Shown piece after piece: positions 63,159 through 64,000 of a stretch of 64,000 nucleotides of DNA. The notes under the pieces are model-generated. The model ran no database searches and was not told the origin of the DNA. It worked only from the letters and a program-made list of their open reading frames with translations. The stretch comes from Escherichia coli (GTDB lineage: Bacteria; Pseudomonadota; Gammaproteobacteria; Enterobacterales; Enterobacteriaceae). A program made the position numbers and the translations under genes. How positions within the stretch are numbered: the stretch's first letter is position 1; each line of letters starts with the position of its first letter. The stretch is taken from assembly GCF_024502345.1 (NCBI RefSeq), contig NZ_JALDNN010000001.1, one strand, 5' to 3'.

Positions 63159-63920
63159 ATGCCCGATCAAACACAACAATTTTCGTTCAAGGTGCTCACC
63201 ATCAATATTCACAAAGGCTTTACCGCGTTTAACCGACGCTTCATTTTGCCGGAACTTCGCGACGCGGTGCGCACCGTCAGCGCCGATATTGTTTGCCTGC
63301 AGGAAGTGATGGGCGCGCACGAAGTTCATCCGCTGCATGTGGAAAACTGGCCCGATACTTCGCACTACGAGTTTCTCGCCGACACTATGTGGAGCGATTT
63401 TGCCTACGGTCGCAATGCCGTCTACCCGGAAGGGCATCACGGTAACGCCGTACTGTCGCGCTATCCCATTGAACATTATGAGAATCGCGATGTTTCGGTC
63501 GATGGTGCGGAAAAGCGCGGCGTGCTCTACTGCCGCATTGTGCCGCCGATGACCGGAAAAGCGATTCATGTGATGTGCGTACATCTGGGCCTGCGTGAGG
63601 CGCACCGTCAGGCGCAGCTTGCGATGCTCGCCGAATGGGTGATTGAACTGCCGGACGGCGAACCAGTATTGGTGGCGGGTGATTTCAACGACTGGCGGCA
63701 AAAAGCTAATCATCCGTTAAAAGTGCAGGCCGGGCTGGATGAGATATTTACCCGCGCCCACGGACGCCCGGCGCGCACGTTTCCGGTGCAATTTCCTCTA
63801 CTACGTCTGGACAGGATCTATGTCAAAAATGCCAGCGCCAGCGCACCAACCGCGTTGCCGCTGCGGACATGGCGACACCTTTCTGATCATGCCCCTTTAA
63901 GTGCGGAGATTCATTTATGA
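63159..63920 (+). CDS. ybhP: endonuclease/exonuclease/phosphatase (EEP) family protein YbhP
   Basis: 253-aa ORF. Confidence 0.88.
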   Translation: MPDQTQQFSFKVLTINIHKGFTAFNRRFILPELRDAVRTVSADIVCLQEVMGAHEVHPLHVENWPDTSHYEFLADTMWSDFAYGRNAVYPEGHHGNAVLSRYPIEHYENRDVSVDGAEKRGVLYCRIVPPMTGKAIHVMCVHLGLREAHRQAQLAMLAEWVIELPDGEPVLVAGDFNDWRQKANHPLKVQAGLDEIFTRAHGRPARTFPVQFPLLRLDRIYVKNASASAPTALPLRTWRHLSDHAPLSAEIHL

Positions 63921-64000
63921 AATGTAGCTGGCGCGAAGGCAATAAGATCCAGTTGCTGGAAAACGGCGAGCAATATTATCCCGCGGTGTTTAAGGCGATT
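63917..64000 (+). CDS. clsB: cardiolipin synthase B, N-terminal 28 codons (3' end outside the window)
   Basis: ATG 63917 overlapping ybhP stop (ATGA); translation [28 protein letters not shown] runs off window end. Confidence 0.75.
   Translation, partial: MKCSWREGNKIQLLENGEQYYPAVFKAI

Overview
This 64-kb window is a gene-dense enterobacterial chromosomal segment. From protein sequences and gene order (recall only, no database search was possible) it is collinear with the Escherichia coli K-12 ybjJ-to-clsB interval, reverse-complemented relative to the reference. Gene order in the window: ybjJ(partial)-ybjI-ybjH | mdfA | ybjG-deoR | dacC | gstB | yliI-bssR | rimO | dgcI-pdeI | gsiDCBA-iaaA | moeAB | fsaA | ybiY-ybiW-ybiV-ybiU | ybiT | ldtB | ybiR-mntR | mntS-opgE | ompX | rhtA-dps-glnHPQ-ybiO | rlmF | mcbA-fiu-ybiX-ybiI-ybiJ | ybiC-ybiB-dinG | ybiA | rhlE | cecR-ybhGFSR | ybhQ | ybhP-clsB(partial). 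I see no rRNA, tRNA, CRISPR array, prophage or defence island, and no convincing new multi-gene system: this is conserved core genome. Two departures from the arrangement I recall for K-12 are directly visible: (1) a complete 768-bp IS1 with a perfect 9-bp target-site duplication inserted in the EAL domain of the c-di-GMP phosphodiesterase gene pdeI (yliE), just upstream of the DDFGTG motif; (2) a single in-frame TAG codon splitting ybiU (DUF1479) into two ORFs. Other supported features are a 42-aa small protein gene (mntS) missed by the ORF track, several REP/BIME clusters including two paralogous ~150-bp composite copies, a boxC-like GC-rich repeat, recognisable Fur, LexA, NtrC/sigma-54 and MntR sites, and a candidate TetR-type operator at cecR. 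Many ORF-track start coordinates are N-terminally over-extended and were trimmed to the first plausible start.
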